This document shows, piece by piece, positions 15,491-29,590 of a DNA stretch of 64,000 nucleotides. The stretch's first letter is position 1. The number at the start of each line of letters is the position of its first letter. The notes under the pieces are model-generated. The model did not search any database. It saw nothing but the letters and a program-made list of their open reading frames with translations, and had not been told where the DNA came from. This DNA comes from Octopus vulgaris (taxonomy: Eukaryota): NCBI GenBank assembly GCA_951406725.2, contig OX597821.1, forward strand, positions 20,460,001-20,524,000, in the 5' to 3' direction. Made by a program: the position numbers and the translations under genes.

Positions 15491-16580
15491 CATGGATACA
15501 TATTTATGTATATATATATATATATATATATATAACCACATAGATACATACATACATATACATATATATACACAAACACACAAAAGTGTATATACGTATA
15601 TATGTATATATATGTGTGTATGTGTTTAGGGGCTCTCTACGCATGCATAGGCATACATAATTTTAAGCTCACTTACGCATATATTCAAACGCGTTCGTCA
15701 CCATTTCACACAAACACGGTCACACACAACATTCTTACACAGAGGCACAATCGCTTGCGCACTCTAGTTCTGGCGAGTCACTGTTGTTATCATTACTTCA
15801 TTCAGCCTTTCAGTCATTACATCATGTTCCTACACATCATTTTCTCTCTCTTTTAATATTTGTTCCCTCATTTTTTCTCCTTAATCCTTTTAATTGAAGG
15901 GCGCAGAATCGAAACGAAAAACATTTCCATTTCTTCGGAGTGTCAAACTAATGCCCCTGCGTGTCGTTCCTTCACGTGTCTTTTGCTTTCTTTAAATTTG
16001 AACTACACACACACACAAACACACACACATATCAGGCGCGTCTCGTCATTAATTAATCAGTGTAGGCACTTGGTGACATTCATTTAACTATCATTAAAAT
16101 AGTTATCTAGATAAAAGAATAAAAATATTCTTTATATATAAAGATATAAAGATATAAAGATAGTTGGTATCGCTGGATATCGGAAAAATGGAAATAAATG
16201 GAAATGTGATGAAACTGAAGGAAAAAAACGAAAGAAATGCGAAACACGGTCGCGCGTCCGTGTCGATGGCAGATCTATTCCTGCCTTTATAGTACGTAAA
16301 CAAACCGGTGCTGTGAGAGTGTACGCAGTACGTATGCAACAATAATACTGTGCTTAGCTTAGATACTCAGATTGAAAAGCAGGGAAGGATTATGCGTACC
16401 TAAACGACAAAAATTGAAAATATTTTGGATTTTATGCATAGTAATCAGAGTAACCTTCCTAATTTTATTAAATTAGGTGCATATTTTGCCATAAAAGAAA
16501 AATGTTGCTATAAATCTATTTTAATCAAGGTGTGCACTGACTGCGCTGCCAACCTAGGCGGCACGTCCCGGATATATATG

Positions 16581-16665
<85 letters not shown>

Positions 16666-16786
16666 AGTAGTTGAATGAAGTATCTTATTAAGGATAATTC
16701 GAAAGATAACCGATACCTGGGTAGCAAATTCACATCAGAATAAAGGATATTTGTTAACTAGTCGTTCAACTCCATTCTTTCATATA

Positions 16787-16843
<57 letters not shown>

Positions 16844-16890
16844 ACAAAGTGTACGTACGCCACTACATATATATATATATATATATATAA

Positions 16891-17240
16891 TACAAAATGG
16901 GACAAGAACGCAAAACATCCGGACAGCTACGTAATGCAGAAAGGGACAACAAAACCTCCAGATAGACGATACAAAAAAACAAGGAGGGGTCATTCGTAGT
17001 TTTTATTCTTCAGTCAAGCACCAGATTATCCACGCAATTTTGGCTGTTTATACACGAGATTGCCCCAATTTGACCAGCCCCAAGGAAAAACTAAACAAAG
17101 ATAACCCTAGTGGGTAGTAAAGAAAAGAAAAGATAACGTACAAGGCTACACAAATATAAATACAAAAAAAATAATAATAGGACATAGCAACAGGTGTCTT
17201 TCGACGAAGGACGAATTGAATTAAGCTGGCGCGTGTGGAA
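16891..17240 (-). mobile_element. Unclassified non-coding interspersed element ending in (TA)n (copy 2)
   Basis: Same blocks as 9297-9701, and the same 3' end abutting (TA)n. Confidence 0.75.
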
Positions 17241-17718
17241 ATGAAGTCTTACGGTAGAGATACAGAAATTTCACAAACACAGGGAAGAATATCGAGGTTG
17301 CACGACAATGGTTAGACCAAGAAAGAAAGAGCAGACTTGGCCGATTGGTCACGTGGGAAGAGAAGAGAAAAAAGTAGAAACAGAGGGACAGAAGAATTAA
17401 GGAGGGGCCAGAAAAAATGACAGGGACACAGTGAAGTGAAAAGTGGAGGGAAAATGAGCAAGAAGAGAAGGAAAAAACGCGAGAGAGGGGGAACGAAAGA
17501 ACGAAGAGTGGAATGAACAAATAAGCGTGAAAGGGGTGAGAGAAATAGAGACATACAAGATTTTGAAAAATGTGTACTTACATATAAGAGAACAAAGTAC
17601 ACTTTGTTTTCTTATATGTATGTACACATAGCGTACAGCGCTATGTATATATATACATATATATATATTCTTATATATATATATATATATATATAAAGAG
17701 AGAGAGAGAGAGAGAGAG

Positions 17719-17780
<62 letters not shown>

Positions 17781-17807
17781 AGATATGTGTGTGTATGCAT
17801 ATATATA

Positions 17808-18260
17808 CCAGCTTAAAAGCCGCACTCCGTGCGGAATTTTGGATTGCCTCCTGCTGAGTGCTATTTGGGACTGTGGCCCAAAACAAAAGTGAGTATTTAT
17901 TGGTATCCTACCATCTCACATTTATATCAGAGAGTTTCAGATTTTGAGAACTTTGTATATATGTGATATTTGGAGAACACTGTGAAGCAGCAGGATAAAC
18001 AATATTCTTGGTTTTACTATTTGGTGTGAATATGAAGAGATTGTTGTCATTTCCAACTAGGCAACAACCAACATAGAGCTGACCATGTGAAAAGCACTGG
18101 TGCATGAGGTGAAGAACAACAATTTTCAGCGATTGTCTTTGATTCTTGTTAATCGACATTACAAAACTAAGTCATACTGGAAATTGAAGTCTCTTGAATT
18201 CAAATGGCATGTCTGCTGGAAATCTTAAAATAAACACATTTTCACCTTTCCTTGTCCAGT
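17808..18260 (-). mobile_element. Helitron 3' fragment (PIF1-type helicase C-terminus, terminal hairpin, CTRR end)
   Basis: MPFEFKRLQFPV*LSFVMSINKNQRQSLKIVVLHLMHQCFSHGQLYVGC...KTKNIVY matches RepHel helicase motifs. Hairpin ccgcac-gga-gtgcgg (17820-17834) then CTGG (17811-17808) followed by T. Confidence 0.9.
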
Positions 18261-18554
18261 GACTACTTCTGAGTGGATATCAGGACAAGTCCGTCTGTTG
18301 TTTTGAGTCGTTTTCATTGCTATCTTTAGCATGCTCATTCTACAAGTAGTACTCTTCATAATTAATTGATAATTATGACTTTATATTTCTTTTACGCATG
18401 CTAGCCACTGATATTAGGGTAAAATATTTTATTAACATTAATATCCTCATATTTTTATAATTTTTTTTCATCTCGATCATCCCTTTAAATTTGCCGTGGC
18501 ATTAAAAATGATTATCGAGCACAAGGATGAAGCGGGCTTGTTTTTGACCCTGGC

Positions 18555-18620
18555 TCAGTATTACTCACTGACGAGAACAAAGTGATCATTCACAAAGTTC
18601 GAAATCCCTGTAATATGGGT
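18555..18620 (+). ncRNA. Hammerhead-like motif with intact core but unclear stem III
   Basis: tattac-tca-CTGACGA-gaac-aaa-gtga-tcat-tcac-aaa-gttc-GAAA-tccct-gtaata. Confidence 0.45.
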
Positions 18621-19785
18621 ATGTCTGATTTGCATTTTCGATTCTTTTCGTCTGCAAAGTCTTAAATTTTTATTGACGTTTCCCTTGATAACGGCACTGT
18701 GTACAAACGAAAACTGGTTTTGAGTCGTTTTGATTGCTATCGTTAGCATGCGGGTGCCATAAGTAGGACACCCCCCCCCATTATTAATACACACACACAC
18801 ATATATATGTACGTATGTGTGTGTGTGCATGTGCGTGTGCATCTGTGTGCGTTCGTGTGTGTGCATGAATATATCCAGCCATCTTATTCTTGGTCTACTC
18901 TAAGGTCACCTGCCTCTTTCTTTCAGCTTGAGAATCAGCCTTGTTATTCTCTCCTGCAACATTCTAATCACATTTCTTCAGTATCGGAGAATTGATCTCT
19001 CAAAACAGAGAATAAGAAAATCCTTCATTTCCAAGTTACGCACTCTGTCGCGATCCGTTACTTTAGAAATCTTTCGAACGAAAACTCTTTTGGCTGGATG
19101 TATCAACGATCGTACTCATTTAGTCATTAGCCTATATTCACGCAGGTAGATGAAGGGTAAAGACAAGAATCCAAAAGTCGATATTTTGAGAATGCTGGCA
19201 GCTCCTTCGAAATTTTGATAAACTTAAACTAATAAACCACACCACATTAACGTCTCATTATATTTCACCCTACGTCTTGCATTGTAGCATTCATTCAGTG
19301 AGTATTTGTTATTTATGTGCGAGTAAAACCAGATTGAATAATACGTATGTACCCTCAATGTGTATGCATGCGAATTTTCGTTTGCAACTTCACCAATGAG
19401 TTATTCTCATATTCATGTGTTTGTGAGTCACCTGTATTTTATCTATGTACTTATTTTGTGCGTACATGTGCAGTGTGAACGATGTAAACACAGGAAATTA
19501 AAAGCCATTTAGAAAGACTTGGAAGCATAAAAGTCAAAGTTTGTAAAGTCGTCTTTCCAAATGGCAGTGAATCAGACCGGCGACACACTGTATTGTTGTT
19601 TTGTGTCTCCCTGCGTACATACATGCATACATACATACATACATAAAGATATACGTATAAATATTTATACGTTTATACATACAAACATACGTGCATACAC
19701 TCTTATATATTTGTAAGTCTCTCTTTTCCTCCCTCTGTCTGCTTCTCTGCCTGTCTAAATGTATATATACATGTATAAGTATATC

Positions 19786-19825
<40 letters not shown>

Positions 19826-19897
19826 ATGATATACTTATATACTTATGTATATATGGATATATTTATGTATATATACATATATATATACATACATATA

Positions 19898-19955
<58 letters not shown>

Positions 19956-20711
19956 TATTTCTACGCATGTATATGTATATATACGCACAATTACATCCCT
20001 ACATACAACAAGCATGCGCATGTAATGTAGTGCCAAATTCACTCTCCTCTTTCTGTACATGAACTACAAACACACACACTCACACAAACATACGCACACA
20101 TACACTAAAAAATACAGTCTATACGACTCCATCGTCACCGCTAAAACCATCACCACCGTCTCCCCTATTTCTACGAAACATAGCCACGCCAAAATCGGAC
20201 ACAAGCATCTCGCAACCTACCCATCGATGTAATCAATAACACAACAATCGATACAACTTAATCATGCCATCTATTTGGCAATTGACAGTTTTAATCAGTT
20301 TTAGGAGAATTTCACTCGATAATGCTTTCGATATACTTTATCCTTCACCCTTTTGATAAACACTAACTGAAGTACAGCTGCCATATTGTTTCTCTTTGTT
20401 TCAACTGCAGGCATATATTTATTAGTGTTGTTGTTGTTGTTTTGTTGGTGTTATGCACCATCAATTATCTAACGGAATATGAGACATAGACCAGTACACG
20501 CCAATACACATATACACACATATATACATGCATATATTCATACTTATAGATATGTTTTATATACATATATATATATATACATACATACATATATATATAT
20601 AGAAAGAAACATATTATTGATAAATGCTACGTACATATATATTTGTTATATTTGTTCGCATATTGTTTGTATAGAAATGAGCACATACCAAATCACGCGC
20701 TTATGCATATA

Positions 20712-20771
<60 letters not shown>

Positions 20772-20968
20772 GGTGTGCGTATGTGTATCTGTGTAGGTTT
20801 TTGTTACTGCTTTATTAAAGAGCGTTTTTTTCATATTTTTTCCGTCAGAAAGATTGGAATAAGTAGATAGATAGGTAAACAGAGAGACGAGAAGAGAGGG
20901 AGGAGAGAGAGGGAGGAGAGAGAGGGATGTGTATCATCTCTATGTCCCATAACTCTGGCAATATATAA

Positions 20969-21397
20969 TCTTTACTCTTCTACTTGTTTCAGTCATTTGA
21001 CTGCGGCCATGCTGGAGCACCGCCTTTAGTCGAGCAACTCGACCCCGGGACTTATTCTTTGTAAGCCCAGTACTTATTCTATCGGTCTCTTTTTGCCGAA
21101 CAGCTAAGTGACGGGGACATAAACACACCAGCATCGGTTGTCAAGCAATGCTAGGGGGACAGACACAGACACACAAACATACACGCACGCACACACACAC
21201 ATATATATATATACATATATATATACATATATACGACAGGCTTCTTTCAGTTTCCGTCTACCAAATCCACTCACATGCCTTTGGTCGGCCCGAGATTATA
21301 GTAGAAGACACTTTGCCCAAGGTGCCACGCAGTGGGACTGAACCCGGAACCATGTGGTTGGTAGGCAAGCTACTTACCACGCAGCCACTCCTGCACC
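20969..21397 (-). mobile_element. SINE family A, full length
   Basis: High identity to the copies at 29180 and 51300. Confidence 0.92.
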
Positions 21398-21477
21398 TAT
21401 ATGTCTGTATATACATTAATAAATGCATACTTATATACATATATCCTTGTATACATACTTATACCCATAGATATATA

Positions 21478-21521
<44 letters not shown>

Positions 21522-21919
21522 CATATATATGTATGAATGTATATGTATATATATATGTATGTATATATATATATATATATATCAATCACTTTATGGGAGT
21601 ATACGTATACATGTTTATGATGTTTAGGGAAATTTGAACAAATGTAATAAAATGAAATACATGTACCTCGTTCACAATAAGGTCATAGGTACTTCATATA
21701 CATTACGTAAAATAATCTATTACAAAAAAATTTTTATTAACCACTCCTTGATGTGACTCGTGACTAATTTATAAATACGGTTGTGTTAGGATGCCCAACT
21801 CAGTCTGAATCGATAAAGCCTCCGTTAAATAATTATACTTATATTGGATTTAGGTATTCATAAGTGTATGCATAGACACATAAACACTACTATATATATG
21901 ACATATGTGAAACAATATC

Positions 21920-21922
<3 letters not shown>

Positions 21923-22000
<78 letters not shown>

Positions 22001-22100
22001 TATATAAATGTATATATAATTATATATATATATACACATATATATGAATATATATATATATATATATATAATGTATATATAATTATATATATATATACAT

Positions 22101-22158
<58 letters not shown>

Positions 22159-22160
22159 CA

Positions 22161-22256
<96 letters not shown>

Positions 22257-22297
22257 CATATATATATATGCATATATATATATATATATATATATAT
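21923..22297. repeat. Long interrupted (TA)n tract (representative of dozens in the window)
   Basis: Directly visible. Confidence 0.97.
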
Positions 22298-23059
22298 GTT
22301 CACGTGTGTGTATATGTCTGCGTAGGTGTTTGTTGCTGCTTTAGGAAAGGGCGTTTCTTCATATTTTTCCTGTCAGAAAGAATGGAATACGTAATTCACT
22401 TGTTTTGTTTTTTAACATTACTAACCGACTCGAGCAGAAGTATATATGGTAGTTATTATTTGCATATACGTTCTAGAGATGATGATGACCTTAATTAATT
22501 AATATAAGCACTGCAGCACTTTATAGAAGATAAGAAATGTAAAGAAGATTCAAATTTATGCCATTTTTCTCTGTCGACCTCCCTGTCGTCAGTTTGCCCA
22601 GGTTTTTTGATATCTACGTTAAATGTCTCTAGATTCACTTGTATTTTTCGTTCTTTAATGCAATGCTGTCACTCTTTAGTTATCCCTGTTTCATTTTCAG
22701 TTGAATTCCTTGAGCCAACAGACTACACGATCTTTTGAAGTTGTCTTTATAAACTAGTGTATTCACGAATATAAACTTTTTTTAACTACATTTTCTAAAG
22801 AAAATCACCATTGTTTTTGAGAACATTCTACACATTTCAATAATTACTTTACACGAAATATTTTTCAGTACCATTTTCCAATCCATACGCCATGGTTGGT
22901 AGTCTAGAATATTCTTAGACGTTTTAGTGTCGTATGAAAATGACATAAATCACTAGCATAACATCTGTATTCATGTTTCATTTATAAACCTACTATGTAC
23001 TACACCTAATGTGTTTTCCGTCATATCTTCTTCATAGCATCAGTAAATCAATATGAAAT

Positions 23060-24275
23060 GAGTCTCCGTTAAGAATGCCATGATCTAGCATGGTTTGTTT
23101 TCTTTCTCAAATAAGACTTTATCTGGATGTCTATTCTCAATCTCATGGTCGCACTGAATCAATCATAACATCCCATAGGATCTTTGTATTTCTATTTTCG
23201 ATAATGTCTTCAGGTTTGTGGTCGGACCAATTTTTTCCGGCAAGTCCATACTTGTTGCAAAGTGTTCAATGGAAAAGCCTGTCTATATTGTCGTGACCTC
23301 TTTTATATTCCTTCTGGGCTAGTGGCGTCCATTGGCTGGTAACGCGCAGTTTTACCGTTTTGTCCACAGATTCTGCACTTCTCACTTTCTGATGTGCTAT
23401 CTATTCTGTATTTTATGTAATTTGTTCTTTGTGCTGGCTCTTGGGTAGCAAAGATTAGAGCCTCCGTTTCCAATTTTAAATCACTTTTAGTAATCCTCAA
23501 CCATCTTTCTTCTCTGTCCTATCTTCAACCTCCGTCTGAAATTGTCCATGCATTCTCTTCTTTACCCATCTATTTTCAATTTCATTCGTTTTCAATTGCT
23601 TGTACAGTGCTTTATCTTTGCAATCTTTCATCATACGCGAGTCTAACCTTCTTACATACAGTAATAGCGGTCCTGTGGCATCTCTTACATACCATGCTAT
23701 GTTGGTTTCTTCTGCTCTAATTCTGTGTTCGCATCCAATAAGTCCTCTTCCCCTCTTTTTTCTTGGTACATTGGGTGGTATGTCCCATATCTAGTTAGCA
23801 ACTTCCTTGTCTTTCTATGCTGTTTAGTTCGTCAACTCTCTATGCGATTACCCATGCTCAATATCTAAAAAGTGAAACCGCCTAGGTGTTGATAGCTTCA
23901 ATCTTAATCCGTCCGTTTAATTTCAACTTAAGGATCAGTCTCAGCCTGCGGAAGTACTGCACCTTAAATTTTTCTGTCATTTCATTCTCCATCAATTTAT
24001 CCATTTCCAAAATCCCCAAGTACTTATAGCTCGTCTCTTCTATCTGTTTCATAACCTCACCCGACGGTATCGTTAACCCGTCCATACTTTTGATTTTTCC
24101 TCTCTTCAAGACTAACACGCCACAATTTCTCAGTTTGAACTCCATTCTGATATCAGCACTGAAAGTATACAGCGTATCAACGAGGGAACTGACTTGTGCT
24201 TCATCTTTACAGTAAAGTTTGAGGTTATCTATGAATAACAAATGGTTGACTTTTTGGGGCAGCTTTTGAATACAT
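23060..24275 (-). mobile_element. R4/Dong-clade non-LTR retrotransposon fragment (RT C-terminus, zinc knuckle, start of restriction-like endonuclease)
   Basis: KVNHLLFIDNLKLY (degenerate YMDD), ADIRMEF, SYKYLGILE, LKLETEALIFATQE...KCRICG, RHDN and KILWD. Confidence 0.88.
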
Positions 24276-24359
24276 ACCCATCTTTTGGTTTCCTTAGAAT
24301 CAGTGTTAGTGGCATCAAGTACAGTACAAAGATCAGTAAGACAACAATCTTGCATGGGA

Positions 24360-24790
24360 TTTCTAGTTGCCTTTAGAAGATTTGGAGTTTCATTGGGATT
24401 GGGCCCAACGCTCCGATCACCACTGGTATCACTTTTACATTACCCTCTCACATTCCATACAGTCATGCCATTTCCATTTTGAATTCTGAGTACTTGGTGC
24501 TTTTTTCGATCACTTTACTTACAAAATTCATGTCATTTTGTATGGCTACATCAATGATCTGACAGTATTTGTCTCTCTTACTCAATATGACAATATCCAA
24601 CCGACGGTGTTCGATTACACAATCCCTCTGAAAATCATTGCCCCAAATCATAGTTACTTTTCCATCATCCTGTATAACTTTACTTGGTACAAGCTCATAC
24701 TAGTTCTCTGTTACCTCATATTTGTATTTAGGGCATAAGAGCCAATGAAGATACACACAATTTATCGTGGCGGCGCTTGTAATCTTTTTG
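24360..24790 (-). mobile_element. Second R4/Dong-type LINE fragment (restriction-like endonuclease)
   Basis: RHDKLC upstream; DFQRDCVIEHRRLDIVILSKRDKYCQIIDVAIQND...EKSTKYSE has the PD...D-(E/D)xK-type layout. Confidence 0.82.
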
Positions 24791-25207
24791 TGCAAGGTTC
24801 TCATATCCACTTACCAAGTAGGTCACATTCTCCACACTCTTTCCACAGAGTCTGCAGTGCATGCCATCAAAGTGACACTGGGCTAAAATATACGAAGATC
24901 AGTATACCCATCATGACTACCTGCCTGACAAGGCTACGCCAGGTACACGCATCTCAACCATATGTGCACGTCATGGTGATCTCATATGAAGATTAGCAGC
25001 GCATGATTTTTGCAGGTTGGGTCTAGTTAGAATTTTCTTTAGGTCGAGTAACCTATCACGTTCAAAATGTCCCTGAAGAAAAGTTGTTTAAGGATGTCGA
25101 TCTAAACTCTTAGAATTTCTTTCAACACATGGCTTCGATGCTCCTCCACTACTTATACTCGTGATCGGAGATGCACATATCGTCAGCCACTAAGAGACAT
25201 GTTAAAC

Positions 25208-25530
25208 GTTAGTTAGTTAGTTAGTTAGTTAGTTAATTAATTTTTTGGCTCAAAAAGCAAAAAGCAAGGCCATGTAGGGGGACATGGAGTTATGTACAGG
25301 GTTGTGATCATGTAAAGGGTTCAGGCCACTTGTGGTCAAGGGAGACTTTGAACCGAGCGGTCGTCGGCATCCTCACCATCTAGTCCGGCAGCTTATTCCA
25401 CGGATCCGCAACCCGGACGGAGAAAGCCCCTCTCCTTCGATTGAAATGAAATCGTCGCAGATACAGCTTTTCGGAATGACCCCGCAGCCGACGCTCTGGA
25501 GCAGGAGTGAAGAACAGCTCTTTCGAGAGG
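25208..25530 (-). mobile_element. 5'-truncated CR1/L2-like LINE 3' end with (TAAC)n tail
   Basis: RLRGHSEKLYLRRFHFNRRRGAFSVRVADPWNKLP is typical of a CR1-group ORF2 C-terminus; (gtta)n tail at 25208-25234. Confidence 0.82.
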
Positions 25531-26126
25531 TTACACTCTCCACTTATGACGTATGGACATAACGCCATGAAGTACAGTTTGAATTTGATATGGTTTGTTT
25601 TCTTAGAGAGACAATACTTTAAGTAACATAATAGCTAATTCTTTTCATTTATTACAATCTGTTTATTTCAGCTGGACCACGTAGGGTATTCTTTTCTACA
25701 AGAAGAAAAAACTTTGTATTGCATATTTTTGCTTTTGTTTTAAAGCTAACGGTGTTACTGGTTGTTATTATTAATGATGTTGTTGGTGATGGTGTTGGTG
25801 TAATGTTGATATCGCTGTTGTCGATATCAATTCATGTCTAAAAATTGTGTTGTAGTGTACAAAAATATCTACGGAATGTATTATATGCCCTGCGGAGAAG
25901 TGACAGTTTGTTTTGAAAGTTCGTCAATTGAACTGAATTGCTAACTCGTACACTATATTAAGCGAAGGGAATATTCATACAAAAAGATTATTCTCTGTGT
26001 GTGCTTGTGCATACGTGTGTATCTATTTGTGAGATAAAAAAACTATCTCTGTGCACACACATTTATAATTCACACACACTCACACACATACACACACACA
26101 AATATATACACATACGTGTATATATC

Positions 26127-26160
<34 letters not shown>

Positions 26161-26619
26161 TAAATATGTGCATGAATCTCTATGTTTGTGTGTGTGTTGA
26201 ATGTTTTGTTTTAGTCCCACAAAGAATAATTATTTTCGATTTTCATAAATTTTTATCTGTTTCAGTGGCAAGCAAAAATTTCAAGGTGAATAGTTTACGA
26301 ATTTTCTTGTCGTCTATATTGACATATGAATGTAAGTTTAGACTAATATCTGTAATTATTGAAGCAGCTTGTAATGTAACGAAATATCATAGAAGCAGTA
26401 TCTAGAACATACAGTTCATTAGACCAGAAAGGAGAGGCTAATTAGAAAAGTACAGATGCAAACAATCATCAACACATCTGCGTATTTTACATAAAACAAA
26501 ACACACAAACCGACAACAATTACTGACAACAAATACGTAAAACATATATTGGTTTGCACGCAAAACTGCCCTGCTAATGTTGGGAATTCAAATGAGGATC
26601 CTCAAGATGTGGTTGGGAA

Positions 26620-27455
26620 CTTCCACAGAAACAGACGACCTAAGAATGCCTAATGCTATCATTCAGGCAGTACCTACAAAACGACAGCAGTAAAAATAAA
26701 TATATAAATGCAGTGCTGAAAAGTGAAGTCAGAAACATTGTACGAGTTGACAGTGAACTCCTCAAGAAGAACTCTCTTCTTGAGGATCTATACCGCCCCA
26801 AAACAGCTGGCCTTTCTTACCTCAGAGAAGCACTGGATGAAAATCACTCAACAAACAAAAAAGACTATGCATGAGTATGTTGCCTGGAAGCTTAAAGAAC
26901 GTGGTAGAATTGAGACGAATTCACAACTACATCACAACACACTTTGAGGGCTATGCGTTTGGAATCCAATAAAAGGTGATTGAACAAGTGAGACAGTGAC
27001 GCTCTTGTAACCCTAGGTGCAACCGCATGTCTAGGCAATGTCATGTTTCTGTGGAAGACATCACACATATGATAAGCAGCTGTCCTAAAATGTCGTCAAA
27101 TAACAGGCTGGATATTGTTGTTTGGGACAGAGCGGCTAAGGTATGTACCATCATAAAGATCAGCTGCCATGCAGATATAAATATCTCTTTGAAAATCAAA
27201 GAAAAATAGGATATGTCTAGACAACTGCTTCGAAACCTCCAGCTTCTGTATCCAGATTATAAATTCATATTCATACCAATAATAATTGGAGTACTAAGTT
27301 TTATTGGTAAATGCTTACAGGAGAATCTGGATAAACTGGGATTATCAGAAAGAGAAATCGATCGGCAAATTTGTACATTACAAATGCAATATGGGAGTGG
27401 AACAGTAAAAATGCGCAAGACTTTCCATAAGTTCCAGATGTGAATTAGTCTGTGT
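26620..27455 (+). mobile_element. Internally deleted R4-type (restriction-like endonuclease) LINE remnant
   Basis: CRxC-like knuckle (QCHVSVEDITHMISSCPKM), NNRLDIVVWDRAAKVCTIIKISCHADIN and LLRNLQLLYPDYKFIFIPIIIG. Confidence 0.8.
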
Positions 27456-27529
27456 TAACAACATCCCAAAGCTGGAGCCTTGTATCTTTGTTGGAAACCA
27501 GCTCCCTCCTCAGTGGAAAATTTATAATA

Positions 27530-28315
27530 ATTACAAACTAGAAGAGACATACATAATGTGACAGCTGATGCAGACTTTAAGCGGTTGCCCGAAAAATTCA
27601 TCACAGTACTATGTACCGATGAGTTATAGGGTTGTATTTGGGACACTATATAATGAAATCTTTTGGAAGGATAACACCGGAGACAAAGACATAAGAACCT
27701 ACAATGTGGTAGAAGCCATATCCTCTCATAATATAATGGAGTACCTATGGAATGTCCCTGTGGAAGCTTCAATACAATGTAACCACAATAGAGCAGATAT
27801 AATGATATGGGATAGGGAAGACAAACTGTGTATAGTTGTGGAAATCACCTGCTCAGCAGATGTTAACATTAAGTTAAAGAACAGTGAAAAAGAGAATACC
27901 TACGCTGAACTATTGAGAAATCTGTAGTTACTCTATCCAGATCACAAGTTCAGGTTTAAACCTGTAATTATTGGGGCAGTAGAATAGGTAACACACTGCC
28001 TAAATACAAACCTTGTTATTTTACGCTTCTCAAAACCAGAAAAGAGAATGGTGTTTTTCGAAGATTACAGATCGAAGCTATCAATGGAACTGTAAAAATC
28101 TGTAAAGCGTCCAGACGTTTTAGTATATATGCGCATTTTATATATGCAAGTGTATTCATGAGAAGACAAACATAAAACAAAACGTAAAAATCTGCTCGTA
28201 TACATACAAAATTCCCTGTTGATATTGCCGAAATTCTAATGAAGGCCTCTTGGATATAGATTAGAAACCGGTTATTTCTCTATTGGCAAGAAATCTTGAA
28301 ATAAAACTGAATAAT
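27530..28315 (+). mobile_element. R4-type LINE 3' end with 3' UTR
   Basis: EYLWNVPVEASIQCNHNRADIMIWDREDKLCIVVEITCSADVNIKLK. The 3' UTR ending gcaagaaatcttgaaataaaactga is shared with the copy at 39720-40522. Confidence 0.85.
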
Positions 28316-28657
28316 GAAATACATACATGGTATATATATGTAGGCATAATGTATATATACTTATGTATGCTTATACATAATTACATAGATATATGTACGT
28401 ATATTGATGTATGAATGCATACCTGTATATTTAGTTTTCTAGATGTCTAACTTCTGAAGCTTGGCACAGCTCTGTGTGGAGTTAAATCAAACTGTTATGT
28501 TATGATATATATATATATATAAACACGCATATAATTATATATATTCTCGTGTATTCCATTAATGTGATTTTGTGCTTTTATGTTTTGCAATATAAAACAG
28601 TGTCAGTTCGTCGTATACCTACGGTTACAGAATATATTTATATGAAAAAGCATATGT

Positions 28658-28740
<83 letters not shown>

Positions 28741-29179
28741 CATTTATATCTATGTGTATTTAATTCAACCGTTCCATTAACGAAGTTCAATAGAATAGCC
28801 CCAGACAGAAATAATTACTGGAGTTGACGAAATCGACAAAAATCCATGAAGACCTCACGCCGTCATTGACTTAGTTCTATAACTGAAACCATAATAAACG
28901 TAAAATATTAAAAATGTATCATGTGCAGTTGCGAGAAACGACTCAATAGCCCCCCATTGTGATTTCATTCTGTTTGATTTGCAAAATAAAGCTTCATGAA
29001 ATATGCACATGCTGAAATTTGTTGTTGTTGAAATGCAACCAGAGAATAACTAATTAATTCACCAGACTAAAAGACCTAGTGTCAAACTTGCGTTTGGTTT
29101 TAATTCATTAGATAGAAGCTGGTTTTGAAGATTAGATGTGAGTTCCTCTGACCAACTGAATTTCATAACTTACGGTCAT

Positions 29180-29590
29180 TTATACTCTTTTACTCTTTTA
29201 CTTGTTTCAGTCTTTTGACTGCGGCCATGCTGGAGCACCACCTTTAGTCGAGCAACTCGATCCCGGGACTTATTCTTTGAAAGCCCAGTACTTATTTTAT
29301 CGGTCTCTTTTTGTCGAACCGCTAAGTGACGAGGAAATAAACACACCAGCATCGGTTGTCAAGCAATGCTAGGGGGACAAGCACAGACACACAAACACAC
29401 ACGCACATATATATATATACATATATACGACGGGCTTCTTTCAGTTTCAGTCTACCAAATCCACTCACAAAGCATTGGTCGGCCCGAGGCTATAGCAGAA
29501 GACACTTGCCCAAGGTGCCACGCAGTGGGACTGAACCCGGAACCATGAGGTTGGTAAGCAAGCTACATACCACACAGCCACTCCTGCGCC
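29180..29590 (-). mobile_element. SINE family A, full length
   Basis: Same consensus, with an (agagtaaa)n-like tail. Confidence 0.92.

Noticed and set aside
16685-16745. Minus-strand CTGATGT...GAAT motif between (TA)n tracts
   Set aside because: Two non-compensatory core changes and weak stems.
22560-23030. Possible RTE-like LINE C-terminal remnant on the minus strand
   Set aside because: Too degenerate to support by eye.
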